DNA from: an uncultured Pelagibacteraceae bacterium
Lineage (GTDB): Bacteria; Pseudomonadota; Alphaproteobacteria; Pelagibacterales; Pelagibacteraceae
Length of the DNA stretch: 64,000 nt
Assembly: GCA_902609675.1 (NCBI GenBank)
Contig: CACLST010000001.1
Location: 11,934-75,933 of the forward strand
Reading direction: 5' to 3'
Shown here: positions 18,132-27,822 of the stretch, piece by piece
How positions within the stretch are numbered: the stretch's first letter is position 1
Layout of the letters: each line of letters begins with the position of its first letter
Position numbers and translations under genes: made by a program
The notes under the pieces: generated by a model
The model's input: the letters and a program-made list of their open reading frames with translations, nothing else
What the model was told of the DNA's origin: nothing
The model's database searches: none

Positions 18132-19186
18132 TGAAAAAAGCTGAAGTAAAATTTGAAAACATAACAAAAAAGTTTAATGAAACAGTTGCTGTTGATAATG
18201 TTAGTTGTACTTTTGAAGCTGGAACTTTGACAACTTTATTAGGACCCTCAGGATGTGGAAAAACTACATCCTTAAGAATAATTGCAGGACTTGAGCGAGC
18301 TACAGATGGTAAAATTTCAATAGATAATGAAGATGTAACTATTTTACCAGCAACAGATAGAGATGTATCAATGGTATTCCAATCTTATGCATTGTTTCCT
18401 CATATGAGTGTAATTGAAAATGTTTCTTATGGTCTAAAAATGATTAAGGTAAACAAAGAAGAATATACTGAAAAAGCTTTGGAAACTTTAAAACTCGTTA
18501 ATTTAGAGGGATATGAAAACAGAATGCCTTCTGAATTGTCTGGAGGACAACAACAAAGAGTAGCGGTAGCAAGAGCTATTGTACTTAAACCAAAAGTATT
18601 ACTATTTGATGAGCCTTTATCAAATTTAGATGCAAAACTAAGAAGACAGGTAAGAGAAGATATAAGAGAAATTCAACAAAAATTAGGTGTTACAACTATT
18701 TATGTAACTCATGATCAAGAAGAGGCATTGGCTATATCAGACAAAGTAATAGTAATGAATAATGCTGTTATTGCTCAAGAGGGAAGTCCAAAAGATCTAT
18801 ATAACTTACCAAAAAATAAATTTGTTGCTAATTTTATTGGTGATGCAAATGTTGTTAAAGCTGAAATAATAAATAAAAAATCTGATATTTATGAACTAAA
18901 ACTAGGAGAAATGAGTATAAATATTGAAAGTGAAAGAGATTTAAATGGATCCGTTTCTGTTGCACTGAGACCTGAAAAAATAAATATTATTAAAGAAAAA
19001 AATTCAAACTCTATTTTAGCAAAAGTAAATAACGCTTCTTTTGTAGGAAGTAATTACCAATATATATTTAATTCAACTCTTGGAAAATTGTATGTGGTAT
19101 CGGGAGATACGAATAACATATTTAAAGTTAATGAAGAAGTTTGTTTAACGATTGATGCTGAAGAAATAAAAATTCTTGAGGATTAA
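18131..19186 (+). CDS. afuC: ABC ATP-binding protein (AfuC/FbpC type)
   Basis: GPSGCGKTT, LSGGQQQ, DEPLSNLDAKLR, TOBE domain; TAATG coupling. Confidence 0.82.
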   Translation: MKKAEVKFENITKKFNETVAVDNVSCTFEAGTLTTLLGPSGCGKTTSLRIIAGLERATDGKISIDNEDVTILPATDRDVSMVFQSYALFPHMSVIENVSYGLKMIKVNKEEYTEKALETLKLVNLEGYENRMPSELSGGQQQRVAVARAIVLKPKVLLFDEPLSNLDAKLRRQVREDIREIQQKLGVTTIYVTHDQEEALAISDKVIVMNNAVIAQEGSPKDLYNLPKNKFVANFIGDANVVKAEIINKKSDIYELKLGEMSINIESERDLNGSVSVALRPEKINIIKEKNSNSILAKVNNASFVGSNYQYIFNSTLGKLYVVSGDTNNIFKVNEEVCLTIDAEEIKILED

Positions 19187-19189
19187 AAT

Positions 19190-20371
19190 TTATAAAGATC
19201 CGCCTCTACCATTATGAGAATATGGGTTGTACTTAAGACTTCTAAGAAATTTTCTTAAATCTTTCACTAATATATCTGGTTGCTCTAAAGCTGCAAAATG
19301 TCCACCTCTTTTCATTTCTGAATACTGATAGATTTTAAAAATTCTTTCTATATATGATTTTGGAGGCCATTCTGACATTTCTTTTGGAAACTTGGCGATA
19401 CCCGTAGGTACATTAATTTTCTTAAAATTATTTGGAAAGTTTCTTCCTCCTTCCTCTCTTCTGCCAAAGTATATCCAGCTAGCTGAATTAAAAGTATTGG
19501 TAATTAAATAAATCATTATATTGGTTAATAAAATATCTTTCGTATATACGCTTTCTATATTGTTGTTTTTAATATCTGACCATGAGTAAAATTTTTCTAA
19601 AATCCAAGCCGCCACTCCAACAGGACTATCGTTCATAGAGTACGAAAGTGATTGTGGTTTTGTTGCCTGAATTGTTCTGTACCCTTCTTGCATAATTTGA
19701 TCATTGATAAATTTTTTTTCCCATTCAATTTCTGATTTATTCTGTGGTCCTTTAGGATGTCTCATTGTTAAACAATTTATGTGTATTGCCTTACAGGATT
19801 TAGAATGATCATATGCTAACCAATTACAAATCGTTGCCCCCCAATCTCCTCCTTGAGCAATATATTTTTTATATTTTAATTTTTTAGTAATTAATTCATT
19901 CATTATTTTTGCAATTTTTCTAGGACCTATTGGTTTTTTTGGTGCTCCAGAAAAACCAAAACCTGGAAGTGAAGGAACAATTACATCAAATGAATCTTCT
20001 GCGTTGCCTCCAAATTTTTCAGGATGAGCTAATTTTTCAATTACTTCTAAAAATTCAACTATACTGCCTGGCCACCCGTGTAATATTAATAAAGGAGTTG
20101 GATTTTTCCCACTTCCTTTTTCTTTAATAAAATGAATTTTAATTCCTTCAATATTGGTTGTAAAATTATTGAATTTATTGATTTTTTTTTCCTGAAGCTT
20201 CCAATTAAATTTTGATGTCCAATATTTACAAATTTTTTTAAGATAATCATGATTGGTACCATGTAGCCATCCATCCATCTTTTGAATGTTGTTCCAACTA
20301 TAATTTCTTACTTTTTTATAGATGTTATTAAGCGTGCTTTTAGGCACACTTATTTTATATTTTTTGATCAT
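19190..20371 (-). CDS. Epoxide hydrolase (microsomal-type, with N-terminal EHN domain)
   Basis: HGWPGS, QGGDWG (Asp nucleophile), GGHFAALEQP. Confidence 0.9.
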   Translation of the reverse strand: MIKKYKISVPKSTLNNIYKKVRNYSWNNIQKMDGWLHGTNHDYLKKICKYWTSKFNWKLQEKKINKFNNFTTNIEGIKIHFIKEKGSGKNPTPLLILHGWPGSIVEFLEVIEKLAHPEKFGGNAEDSFDVIVPSLPGFGFSGAPKKPIGPRKIAKIMNELITKKLKYKKYIAQGGDWGATICNWLAYDHSKSCKAIHINCLTMRHPKGPQNKSEIEWEKKFINDQIMQEGYRTIQATKPQSLSYSMNDSPVGVAAWILEKFYSWSDIKNNNIESVYTKDILLTNIMIYLITNTFNSASWIYFGRREEGGRNFPNNFKKINVPTGIAKFPKEMSEWPPKSYIERIFKIYQYSEMKRGGHFAALEQPDILVKDLRKFLRSLKYNPYSHNGRGGSL

Positions 20372-20374
20372 TAA

Positions 20375-21862
20375 CTAATTATGACTTATCCAGATTGTTT
20401 TTGTTTGAAGAAACGAATTTAATGCTTCAGTACCTTGATCTCTACTTAGTGAACCTGATTGCTTATAGCCTCCAAATGGAGTTTTAATATCCCCTTCTGA
20501 AAATGTGTTTACTGACACAGTTCCACAAGGCAAACTTTTAGCTAAATGAAATGCTCTGTTAATGTCTTGAGTAAAAACACTAGCATGTAATCCATATTTT
20601 GAATTACTAGCAATTTTCAAAGCCTCCTCATCATTTTTAACTGTTAAAACGCCAAGCACTGGCCCAAAAATTTCCTCTTGAGCGATGGTCATATTTTCTT
20701 TTAATCCATCAAATAGTGTTGGTTTTGCATAAAAACCTTTTTGCTTTTTACTTGAAATTCCTCCAGACAAAAGCTTTGCTCCTTCATCTATACCTTTTTG
20801 GATATATCCATCAACAGTTTGCAAATGTCCTTTTGAAATCATAGATCCCATATTTGATTTTAAATCTAATGGATCTCCTACTTTTAGCTTTTTAACTTTT
20901 TTAATAACTTTGTCTAAAAATTCATCTTTAACTTTTTTATGAACTATCTGTCTCATATTTGCTGAACAGTTTTGTCCACCATTCCAAAATGCAGAATTCA
21001 TCGCATTATCAATTAAATCATCTGTAATTTTAGCATCCTCTAAAACTATAAACGGACTTTTTCCTCCCATCTCTAATGCGACAGGTTTTAGATTACTTTC
21101 ACTTGAGTATTTTAAAAAATAACCACCAACTTCAGTTGAACCTGTAAATGAAACTGCATCAACATCTTTGTGTCGACCTAAAGCCTCACCAACATCACCA
21201 TAACCAGGGAGAACATTTAAAACTCCATCTGGTATTCCAGCCTCTTTTCCAATTTGAGCAACTCTAATAGCTGTAAGAGGCGTATCTTCTGCAGGTTTTA
21301 TTATTACTGAACAACCAGCTGCAAGGGCTGGTGCCATTTTCCATACTGCCATCATTAAAGGAAAGTTCCATGGAACAATTCCAGCAACAACTCCTATTGG
21401 TTCTTTAACAATTAAACTAGTTATTGATGGTTCTGTCGGACCAACTTTTCCAAATACTTTATCAATTAATTCTCCATACCACTGAAAATGCATTGGCGCA
21501 TCATTTGCAACTTCATTAATACAGTCGGCGATAAGTTTACCTGTATCTATGCATTCTAAAACTGAATTTTCATCACCATGTTTTCTAAGTAATTCAGCAA
21601 ATTTTAATAAAACCTCTTTTCTATGTTCGGGTGAACTCTTAGACCAAACTCCGCTATTGAAAGCTTTTCTTGAAACTTTTACCGCCAAATCAACATCTTT
21701 ATGATTACATTTTGCAACTGCACAAAGCTTTTGGCCAGTTGCTGGGTTGATTGTTTCAAATTTCTTACCGTCAATAGCATTCACATATTTACCATTAATG
21801 AATGCTCTTCCTTCAAATTTTAGTTTATTTGATATTGCTTTATATTTGTTTCCTGAGCTCAT
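20375..21862 (-). CDS. Aldehyde dehydrogenase (PuuC/KauB-like)
   Basis: PWNFP, KPAE, FTGSTEVG, LEMGGKSP, NGGQNC, EEIFGP, PFGGYKQSG. Confidence 0.92.
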   Translation of the reverse strand: MSSGNKYKAISNKLKFEGRAFINGKYVNAIDGKKFETINPATGQKLCAVAKCNHKDVDLAVKVSRKAFNSGVWSKSSPEHRKEVLLKFAELLRKHGDENSVLECIDTGKLIADCINEVANDAPMHFQWYGELIDKVFGKVGPTEPSITSLIVKEPIGVVAGIVPWNFPLMMAVWKMAPALAAGCSVIIKPAEDTPLTAIRVAQIGKEAGIPDGVLNVLPGYGDVGEALGRHKDVDAVSFTGSTEVGGYFLKYSSESNLKPVALEMGGKSPFIVLEDAKITDDLIDNAMNSAFWNGGQNCSANMRQIVHKKVKDEFLDKVIKKVKKLKVGDPLDLKSNMGSMISKGHLQTVDGYIQKGIDEGAKLLSGGISSKKQKGFYAKPTLFDGLKENMTIAQEEIFGPVLGVLTVKNDEEALKIASNSKYGLHASVFTQDINRAFHLAKSLPCGTVSVNTFSEGDIKTPFGGYKQSGSLSRDQGTEALNSFLQTKTIWISHN

Positions 21863-22070
21863 AAATTTCTTTCTATAAATTTTGTTTTATTTAATTTCTA
21901 AACTTTAAATCTAAGGCACCTTTAGACTAAAATAAATAGATTAACTAATAATTATTAATACAACTTTTGATTGCAAACCCATTTTGAAAAATAAAATTTC
22001 CTTTTTTGTTTTACTTCTTACTCAAATTGAATTTAAATATTAATAATTCAATTAATTAAAAGGAAATTTT

Positions 22071-23111
22071 ATGTTTATTAAAAAAATTTGTAAGTCACTG
22101 CTTACAGTAATTGCAGTTACTTTCTTTGCTCAAGCCGTGTATGCAGAAGTAACTCTGAAGCTTGGGACAACTGGTAGATTAGGTATGCCAATTGGAGATG
22201 CTATAGATCAAGCTCTTATACCAGCTATGGAAAAAGCATCTGGTGGTAAAATGAAAATCGAGCCACACTATCAAAGAAGTTTATGTGCAGAGCAAAAATG
22301 TGGTGAACAAGCCAACCAAGGACTTATAGCTCTATGGACTAGTTCTACTGCAAACTATGGTAACTTTGGACCAGAGTTAGCAATTTTTGATTTGCCTTTC
22401 ATATTCAAATCACTTGAAGATGCAAAAAGAATATCAGATGAATGGTTAGCTGAAAGACAGTGTAAACTCGCACTTGAAAATGCTGGTCATATTTGCCTTT
22501 CTGTATATTCAAGTGGTGGATTTAGACAACTTGGAAATGCAACTAAACCAGTTCATGAACCTGATGATATGAAGGGACTGAAATGGCGTACTACAAAAAG
22601 TCCAGTTGAGTTCATGCTAGTTAAAAATTGGGGTGCAACTCCAACACCTTATGACTGGAGCCAGTTATATCAAGGTCTACAGTCGGGTGTAGTTGAGGGC
22701 CAGTATGTAGCATCACCTTGGCAGCATGTAGCAAAACTTCACGAAGTTGCTAAGTATTTCACAGAAATCGGAGGAATGTGGTCAGGAAACATTCTAGCGA
22801 TGGACGCAAAACAATATAATGCATTGTCTGACCAACAGAGAAAATGGTTGCACCAGGCAGCTGATGCTTATGGAGAAAAAGTAAACGAGTTAGATAATGC
22901 TTGGATTAAGAATGGTGAAGATGCAATTAAAGCATCTGCTAAAGAATGGTATGTGCCAACAGAAGCGGAAATGACTAAGTGGAGAGCGGGCGCAATTGGT
23001 GCTTGGTTAGACGCTAAAGGTACTTTTGAACCAGAAGTAGCCAAAAGAGTTCTTATGGAACAAGGCATGGATGGATTTGTAGCTCAGTTAGAGGCAGCTG
23101 GGGCTCTGTAA
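22071..23111 (+). CDS. dctP: TRAP transporter substrate-binding protein DctP
   Basis: Signal peptide, FDLPFIF, GFRQ, DMKGLKWR, LYQGLQSGVVEG. Confidence 0.88.
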   Translation: MFIKKICKSLLTVIAVTFFAQAVYAEVTLKLGTTGRLGMPIGDAIDQALIPAMEKASGGKMKIEPHYQRSLCAEQKCGEQANQGLIALWTSSTANYGNFGPELAIFDLPFIFKSLEDAKRISDEWLAERQCKLALENAGHICLSVYSSGGFRQLGNATKPVHEPDDMKGLKWRTTKSPVEFMLVKNWGATPTPYDWSQLYQGLQSGVVEGQYVASPWQHVAKLHEVAKYFTEIGGMWSGNILAMDAKQYNALSDQQRKWLHQAADAYGEKVNELDNAWIKNGEDAIKASAKEWYVPTEAEMTKWRAGAIGAWLDAKGTFEPEVAKRVLMEQGMDGFVAQLEAAGAL

Positions 23112-23129
23112 ATCGTTCAAAAAAATAGT

Positions 23130-23173
23130 GTAAAGATCATTTAGCTCATTTATTAGAGTTAGATGATCTTTAC
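23130..23173 (+). terminator. Long stem-loop after dctP
   Basis: GTAAAGATCATTTAGCTC ... GAGTTAGATGATCTTTAC, about 18-bp stem including G-U pairs. Confidence 0.7.
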
Positions 23174-23202
23174 GTAAAATAAATCATAACTGATAAATAT
23201 TT

Positions 23203-24486
23203 ATGGAAAGTATTATTTTACTTGTAGTATTGCTTATTCTAATTTTATTAGGAGCTCCTATTGGTTTTATATTAATACTGATACCATTTGTTTATATTTT
23301 GCTAACAGATGCTGTTCCTCTTGTTTTAATACCTAGTCAAATGTTTACCGCCATTGACTCAGTTCCATTAACTGCGATTGCATTCTTTATGTTGACGGGT
23401 GAATTAATGACAAGTGCTACGATTACAGACCGTTTAGTTGCTTTGAGTAGGGCGTTAATTGGACGAATAAAAGGAGGTTTAGCTCAAGTAAATGTACTTG
23501 TTAGCATGTTTTTTGCTGGTATGAATGGCTCTGTAGTAGCAGATACAGCTACAGTCGGAGCATTAGTTTTGCCAGCAATGAAGAAAGCAGGTTATCCTGC
23601 TGCATTTTCAGCTGCGGTTACAGGAGTAAGTTCCACAATAGGAGGGATCATTCCACCTAGTATCATGATGATTGTCCTTGCTAACGCAACTGAGATTTCT
23701 ATTGCATCTTTATTTGCAGCAGGGATTATTCCAGGAATCTTGATTGGAGTTGTGATAATGGTAATCAATCATTACTTTGCAGTTAAATATAACTTCGAGC
23801 GTAGTGATGAACCATTCTCGGTACGTCGAGCTGGTAAAGAATTATATCGATCTTCATTCGCTCTTTTAATACCTTTGGTTTTAGTAGGTTCAGTAATGGG
23901 AGGTGTAGCATCGGTTGTTGAGGCTGGAGCTATCACTGCTTTGGTTGCTTTATTTACAGGTGTCTTTGTTTATCGAACTATAAAATGGAAAGATTGTACC
24001 GGTGCTTTTCGTCGGGCATTCCGAAATTCAGCAATGGTGTTTATTATAATAGCTGCGTCAGGACCTTTCAGTTGGTTACTTACTTCTCTTGGTGCAATTG
24101 GTGATCTCGAAACCTGGCTTTTGGGGTTAGCAGATTCCCCTATATTATTTGTTTTGGCTTTAATATTATTCATTTTTCTTCTTGGAACGGTAATGGACTC
24201 TGCAGTTAACATTATTATTGTTGGCCCAGTACTAGTAAATGTTATGTCTCAAGCTGGCTTTCCAGAGGTGCAAGCAGCTATGGTTGTAATAGTTGGTTTC
24301 TTAATAGGATCAGTAACTCCACCAGTTGGTGTTGCCTATTTTACCTCTGCAACAATTGCACAGGTCCGTCTTGAAAAGGTTGCTATTGCGTTAATTCCTT
24401 ATCTGATTGGATTATTTTTACTTTTATTTTTTATTCTTGTTGTACCAGAATTAACAATGTTTCTTCCAAACTTATTGAGTAATTAA
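23203..24486 (+). CDS. dctM: TRAP transporter large permease
   Basis: GGLAQVNV, FFAGMNGS, IIPPSI, TPPVG. Confidence 0.92.
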   Translation: MESIILLVVLLILILLGAPIGFILILIPFVYILLTDAVPLVLIPSQMFTAIDSVPLTAIAFFMLTGELMTSATITDRLVALSRALIGRIKGGLAQVNVLVSMFFAGMNGSVVADTATVGALVLPAMKKAGYPAAFSAAVTGVSSTIGGIIPPSIMMIVLANATEISIASLFAAGIIPGILIGVVIMVINHYFAVKYNFERSDEPFSVRRAGKELYRSSFALLIPLVLVGSVMGGVASVVEAGAITALVALFTGVFVYRTIKWKDCTGAFRRAFRNSAMVFIIIAASGPFSWLLTSLGAIGDLETWLLGLADSPILFVLALILFIFLLGTVMDSAVNIIIVGPVLVNVMSQAGFPEVQAAMVVIVGFLIGSVTPPVGVAYFTSATIAQVRLEKVAIALIPYLIGLFLLLFFILVVPELTMFLPNLLSN

Positions 24487-24490
24487 TTAT

Positions 24491-25000
24491 ATGTTGAAAT
24501 TCTTAAACGATATTGACCGTTTTATCCATCGTATGTTGGAAGCCATGTGCTCACTCTTGTTAGCTGCTATGGTTGGTTTCACTCTTTACAATGTTACAAT
24601 GAGATATGTTTTTAATAACCCTCCTGTTTGGGGTGATTTGCTAACAGTATTAAGTAATATTTGGTTAATGTTTATAGCACTTTCTCTGACAGCCAGAGAT
24701 AATGAACATGTAGCTTTAAATTTAATTTATGAAAAATTACCAGAAAGAGTTTCTTTATACATACGCCAGTTCTGGAAAATAATGATTATGATAATTGGTG
24801 TAGTCCTAATTATTTATGGAATTGAACTTGTAGAGGGTATGAGAGGGAAGTATTGGGAAATGTGGTATTTTGAAATTAGTATGCAAGGTATTGAGTTCAA
24901 AGAGAATTATATGCCAAAAAAATATGCAGTTGCAATTTTACCATTAGCTGGATTTTTGACAACCATAGGTGCTGCAATTGGTTTTTTCAAAAAGGTTTAG
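24491..25000 (+). CDS. dctQ: TRAP transporter small permease
   Basis: 4 TM, RYVFN.P..W, HVAL. Confidence 0.88.
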   Translation: MLKFLNDIDRFIHRMLEAMCSLLLAAMVGFTLYNVTMRYVFNNPPVWGDLLTVLSNIWLMFIALSLTARDNEHVALNLIYEKLPERVSLYIRQFWKIMIMIIGVVLIIYGIELVEGMRGKYWEMWYFEISMQGIEFKENYMPKKYAVAILPLAGFLTTIGAAIGFFKKV

Positions 25001-25017
25001 TTCTTAATAGTTTATTT

Positions 25018-26943
25018 TTAACCTTTGCCTCTCCAAGGAATAGTTCTATCAATTATTTTTCTTAAAGTTATATCAAATAATAATCCTAACATTCCCATAA
25101 TGAAAATTGTTATCCAAATTACCTCATATTGAAAATATTTTTTCGCAACATTTTCAACAAACCCAATACCTGTTGTTCCAGCTAAAAATTCAGCAGCAAC
25201 CAAAGTTCCCCAACACATTCCAACAGCGACTCTAATTCCAGTCAATATTTCAGGTAAAGAATTTGGAAATATAACATGTCTTAGTATTTGTCTTTTAGAA
25301 GCACCTAAAGAATGGGCAGCGTGAATTTTAGATAATTGTGTTCCTGATGCCCCAGCTCTTGCTGAAATAATCATAATTGATAGTGAAACCATGAATAACA
25401 AAAATACTTTTCCAGTATTATCAATTCCAAGCACTGAAATTATAAGAGGAGCCCAAGCAAGTGGAGGTACTGGTCTATATAATTCAATCAAAGGATCAAA
25501 AAATCCTTTAGCAAATCTGTTTAGTCCCATAAATAAACCTAATGGAACCCCTATAATTATTCCAAAAACTAATCCTAAAAATACTCTTAAGAACGAATCC
25601 CATATATGACCATAAGGGACAGGTATCTTGAATAATTTAAAATCACCCGTGACAACTTTTAATACTTTACCTTTAAAGTTTTCTTTAACTATTCCCTCGC
25701 TTGTATGAACAGGGTATTCGCCTGGTAAAATATCAGCAATCCAATCTGGTAAAATAAATCCAACTATTGAACTAACATCAATCATTTCTATCCATAAAAG
25801 AGGTATATTTTTATATCCAACACTTGGATTAGACATTAGGATGAATTTATTTACTGTGTCTGAAGGTTTAGGTAACCATCTCCCAGAACCTTGTTCCGAG
25901 CAACTCGGTCCACTAGCAACAATTGTTCCAGCTGGAAATAAAACAATATCAATTAATCTAAGACCAGCTTGTTCTTTTTCCTGAAGATCATCAAATTCAA
26001 TAATCGCCTTTTGCATTTCATTTAGTGCATTTGGCGGATAAATGCTTGCAAATTCAATTCTTCTTGCAATTTTGACTATATTTTTAGCATAATCAGAGGC
26101 AATTTCCTCATTATCATCTAAACTTTTTCTATATGTTTTAACTTCATCTTTCAGTTTTTTAATTGAACTTTTGAACTGTGGATTATGATTTCTTAATTTA
26201 AAAAATTTATCATTAATTTTTTTTAGTTCCTCTGCTGCAGCTTGAAATTTTAAACCTTTTGAAGTTTCTGCAACAAATGGAACTTCAATAGTGTTTTCTA
26301 TAGTACCAGTTCCTGATCTAACTGTGGTTATGCCCCAGTTACCTTGTTCAGATATTGCTTTTAACCGTTCACTTTTTTCAACTTCTGTTTCAAATGGATA
26401 ATCTTCTTTTTTAAAATTTGAACTTAATTGTTTAATCTCATTTGTCATTTCACTTATTTTAATTTTAGTATCCATTTCAATTAAACCCTCATTAGTTAAT
26501 AAAGGAATTAATTTTTTTGTTTTATTTATATATCCAACTAAAATTGTTTTTTGTTCATTATTAAGATCTTTAGAATTTTGTATTTCAGCTGTTATTTTTT
26601 GAAGATTTTTATTTTCAATCTTTATGATCGATGTACTTTTAAACTCTCTTTCCTCTATCGGGAATTGATATTTTAATCCTAAAAGTGATTCATTTATTTT
26701 AGCAACTTGACATAATTCATTTGCTGATTTTGGATAAAAACCTTTTGCTATATCCCAAGAGTAATAAAGCCATACTAGTAGTATTGCAGCACTTCCAACA
26801 ATAACCCAATGAGTTCCACCTTTAGCTCTTTCAGGATTTCCAAATACAGCATCAACTTTCTCAGTTTGTATTAATCTTCTGCCGTACATAATGCATCCAA
26901 TTATGGATACAAATATAAGTATGGTTATTATTTGAGTTAACAT
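25018..26943 (-). CDS. tauC: Taurine/sulfonate ABC permease with very large N-terminal extension
   Basis: C-terminal ~200 aa is TauC/SsuC (RPVPPLAWAPL, AAHSLGAS, WGTLVAAE); N-terminal ~430 aa is extra. Confidence 0.85.
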   Translation of the reverse strand: MLTQIITILIFVSIIGCIMYGRRLIQTEKVDAVFGNPERAKGGTHWVIVGSAAILLVWLYYSWDIAKGFYPKSANELCQVAKINESLLGLKYQFPIEEREFKSTSIIKIENKNLQKITAEIQNSKDLNNEQKTILVGYINKTKKLIPLLTNEGLIEMDTKIKISEMTNEIKQLSSNFKKEDYPFETEVEKSERLKAISEQGNWGITTVRSGTGTIENTIEVPFVAETSKGLKFQAAAEELKKINDKFFKLRNHNPQFKSSIKKLKDEVKTYRKSLDDNEEIASDYAKNIVKIARRIEFASIYPPNALNEMQKAIIEFDDLQEKEQAGLRLIDIVLFPAGTIVASGPSCSEQGSGRWLPKPSDTVNKFILMSNPSVGYKNIPLLWIEMIDVSSIVGFILPDWIADILPGEYPVHTSEGIVKENFKGKVLKVVTGDFKLFKIPVPYGHIWDSFLRVFLGLVFGIIIGVPLGLFMGLNRFAKGFFDPLIELYRPVPPLAWAPLIISVLGIDNTGKVFLLFMVSLSIMIISARAGASGTQLSKIHAAHSLGASKRQILRHVIFPNSLPEILTGIRVAVGMCWGTLVAAEFLAGTTGIGFVENVAKKYFQYEVIWITIFIMGMLGLLFDITLRKIIDRTIPWRGKG

Positions 26944-27741
26944 TTAGTTTTCTTTTCCCATAATTTCCTCTTCCATATTCCAAATCATGGATAAAATTTC
27001 TTCACGCTTAGATGAAAATTCTTTATTTTTTTTAATTTCTCTTAAATCTTCCTTTAAACCCATTTCTGCAAAAGGTAGATTGTATTCTTTATGTATCCTT
27101 CCTGGTCTTGGCGCCATTACATATAGTCTTTCACCAAGTAATAACGCTTCCTCAACAGAGTGAGTAATTAAGATGATAGTTTTTCCTGTCTCTTTCCAAA
27201 TTTTAAGAACCAAAGATTGCATCTTTTCTCTAGTTAACGCATCTAACGCACCTAATGGCTCATCCATTAATATTAAATCAGGATCATTTATTAGACATCT
27301 GGCAAGAGCCACTCTTTGCTGCATTCCACCTGATAGTTGATAGGTAGGAGTATTACCAAATCCTTTTAAGCCAACAATTTCTAGCCATTCATCCACTCTT
27401 TTAGCAGTTTTTATTGGATCTTCTTTTTTCATCCTAAGTCCAAAATCAACATTTTCAGCAACTGTTAACCACTCAAATAAAGCTCCTTGTTGGAAAACCA
27501 TTCCTCTTTCAACTCCTGGACCATTAATTTCATTGCCAGCCAAAACAATAGAGCCTGAAGTAGGTCTCAAAAACCCTGCAGCAATATTTAAAAGAGTAGT
27601 TTTTCCACATCCTGAAGGACCAAGAACAGTGAGAAGTTCTCCTTTTTTTAAAGTAAAATTTACATCCTTTAATGCGTGAACAGTTTCTCCTTTGGGAGTT
27701 TTAAAAATCATATTTAAATCTTTGGAAACTAAGTCACTCAT
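26944..27741 (-). CDS. tauB: Taurine/sulfonate ABC ATP-binding protein
   Basis: GPSGCGKTT, PGVERGMVFQ, DEPLGALDALTRE, THSVEEA. Confidence 0.9.
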   Translation of the reverse strand: MSDLVSKDLNMIFKTPKGETVHALKDVNFTLKKGELLTVLGPSGCGKTTLLNIAAGFLRPTSGSIVLAGNEINGPGVERGMVFQQGALFEWLTVAENVDFGLRMKKEDPIKTAKRVDEWLEIVGLKGFGNTPTYQLSGGMQQRVALARCLINDPDLILMDEPLGALDALTREKMQSLVLKIWKETGKTIILITHSVEEALLLGERLYVMAPRPGRIHKEYNLPFAEMGLKEDLREIKKNKEFSSKREEILSMIWNMEEEIMGKEN

Positions 27742-27772
27742 AGAAACTTTATATAAAACTTATATTAAAAAA

Positions 27773-27800
27773 AATAGGCGCTAAATAATTAGCGCCTATT
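27773..27800 (-). terminator. Stem-loop between tauA and tauB
   Basis: AATAGGCGCTAA-ATAA-TTAGCGCCTATT, followed by a U-run on the minus strand. Confidence 0.75.
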
Positions 27801-27822
27801 AAATTTGTTTTACTCTTTAATA

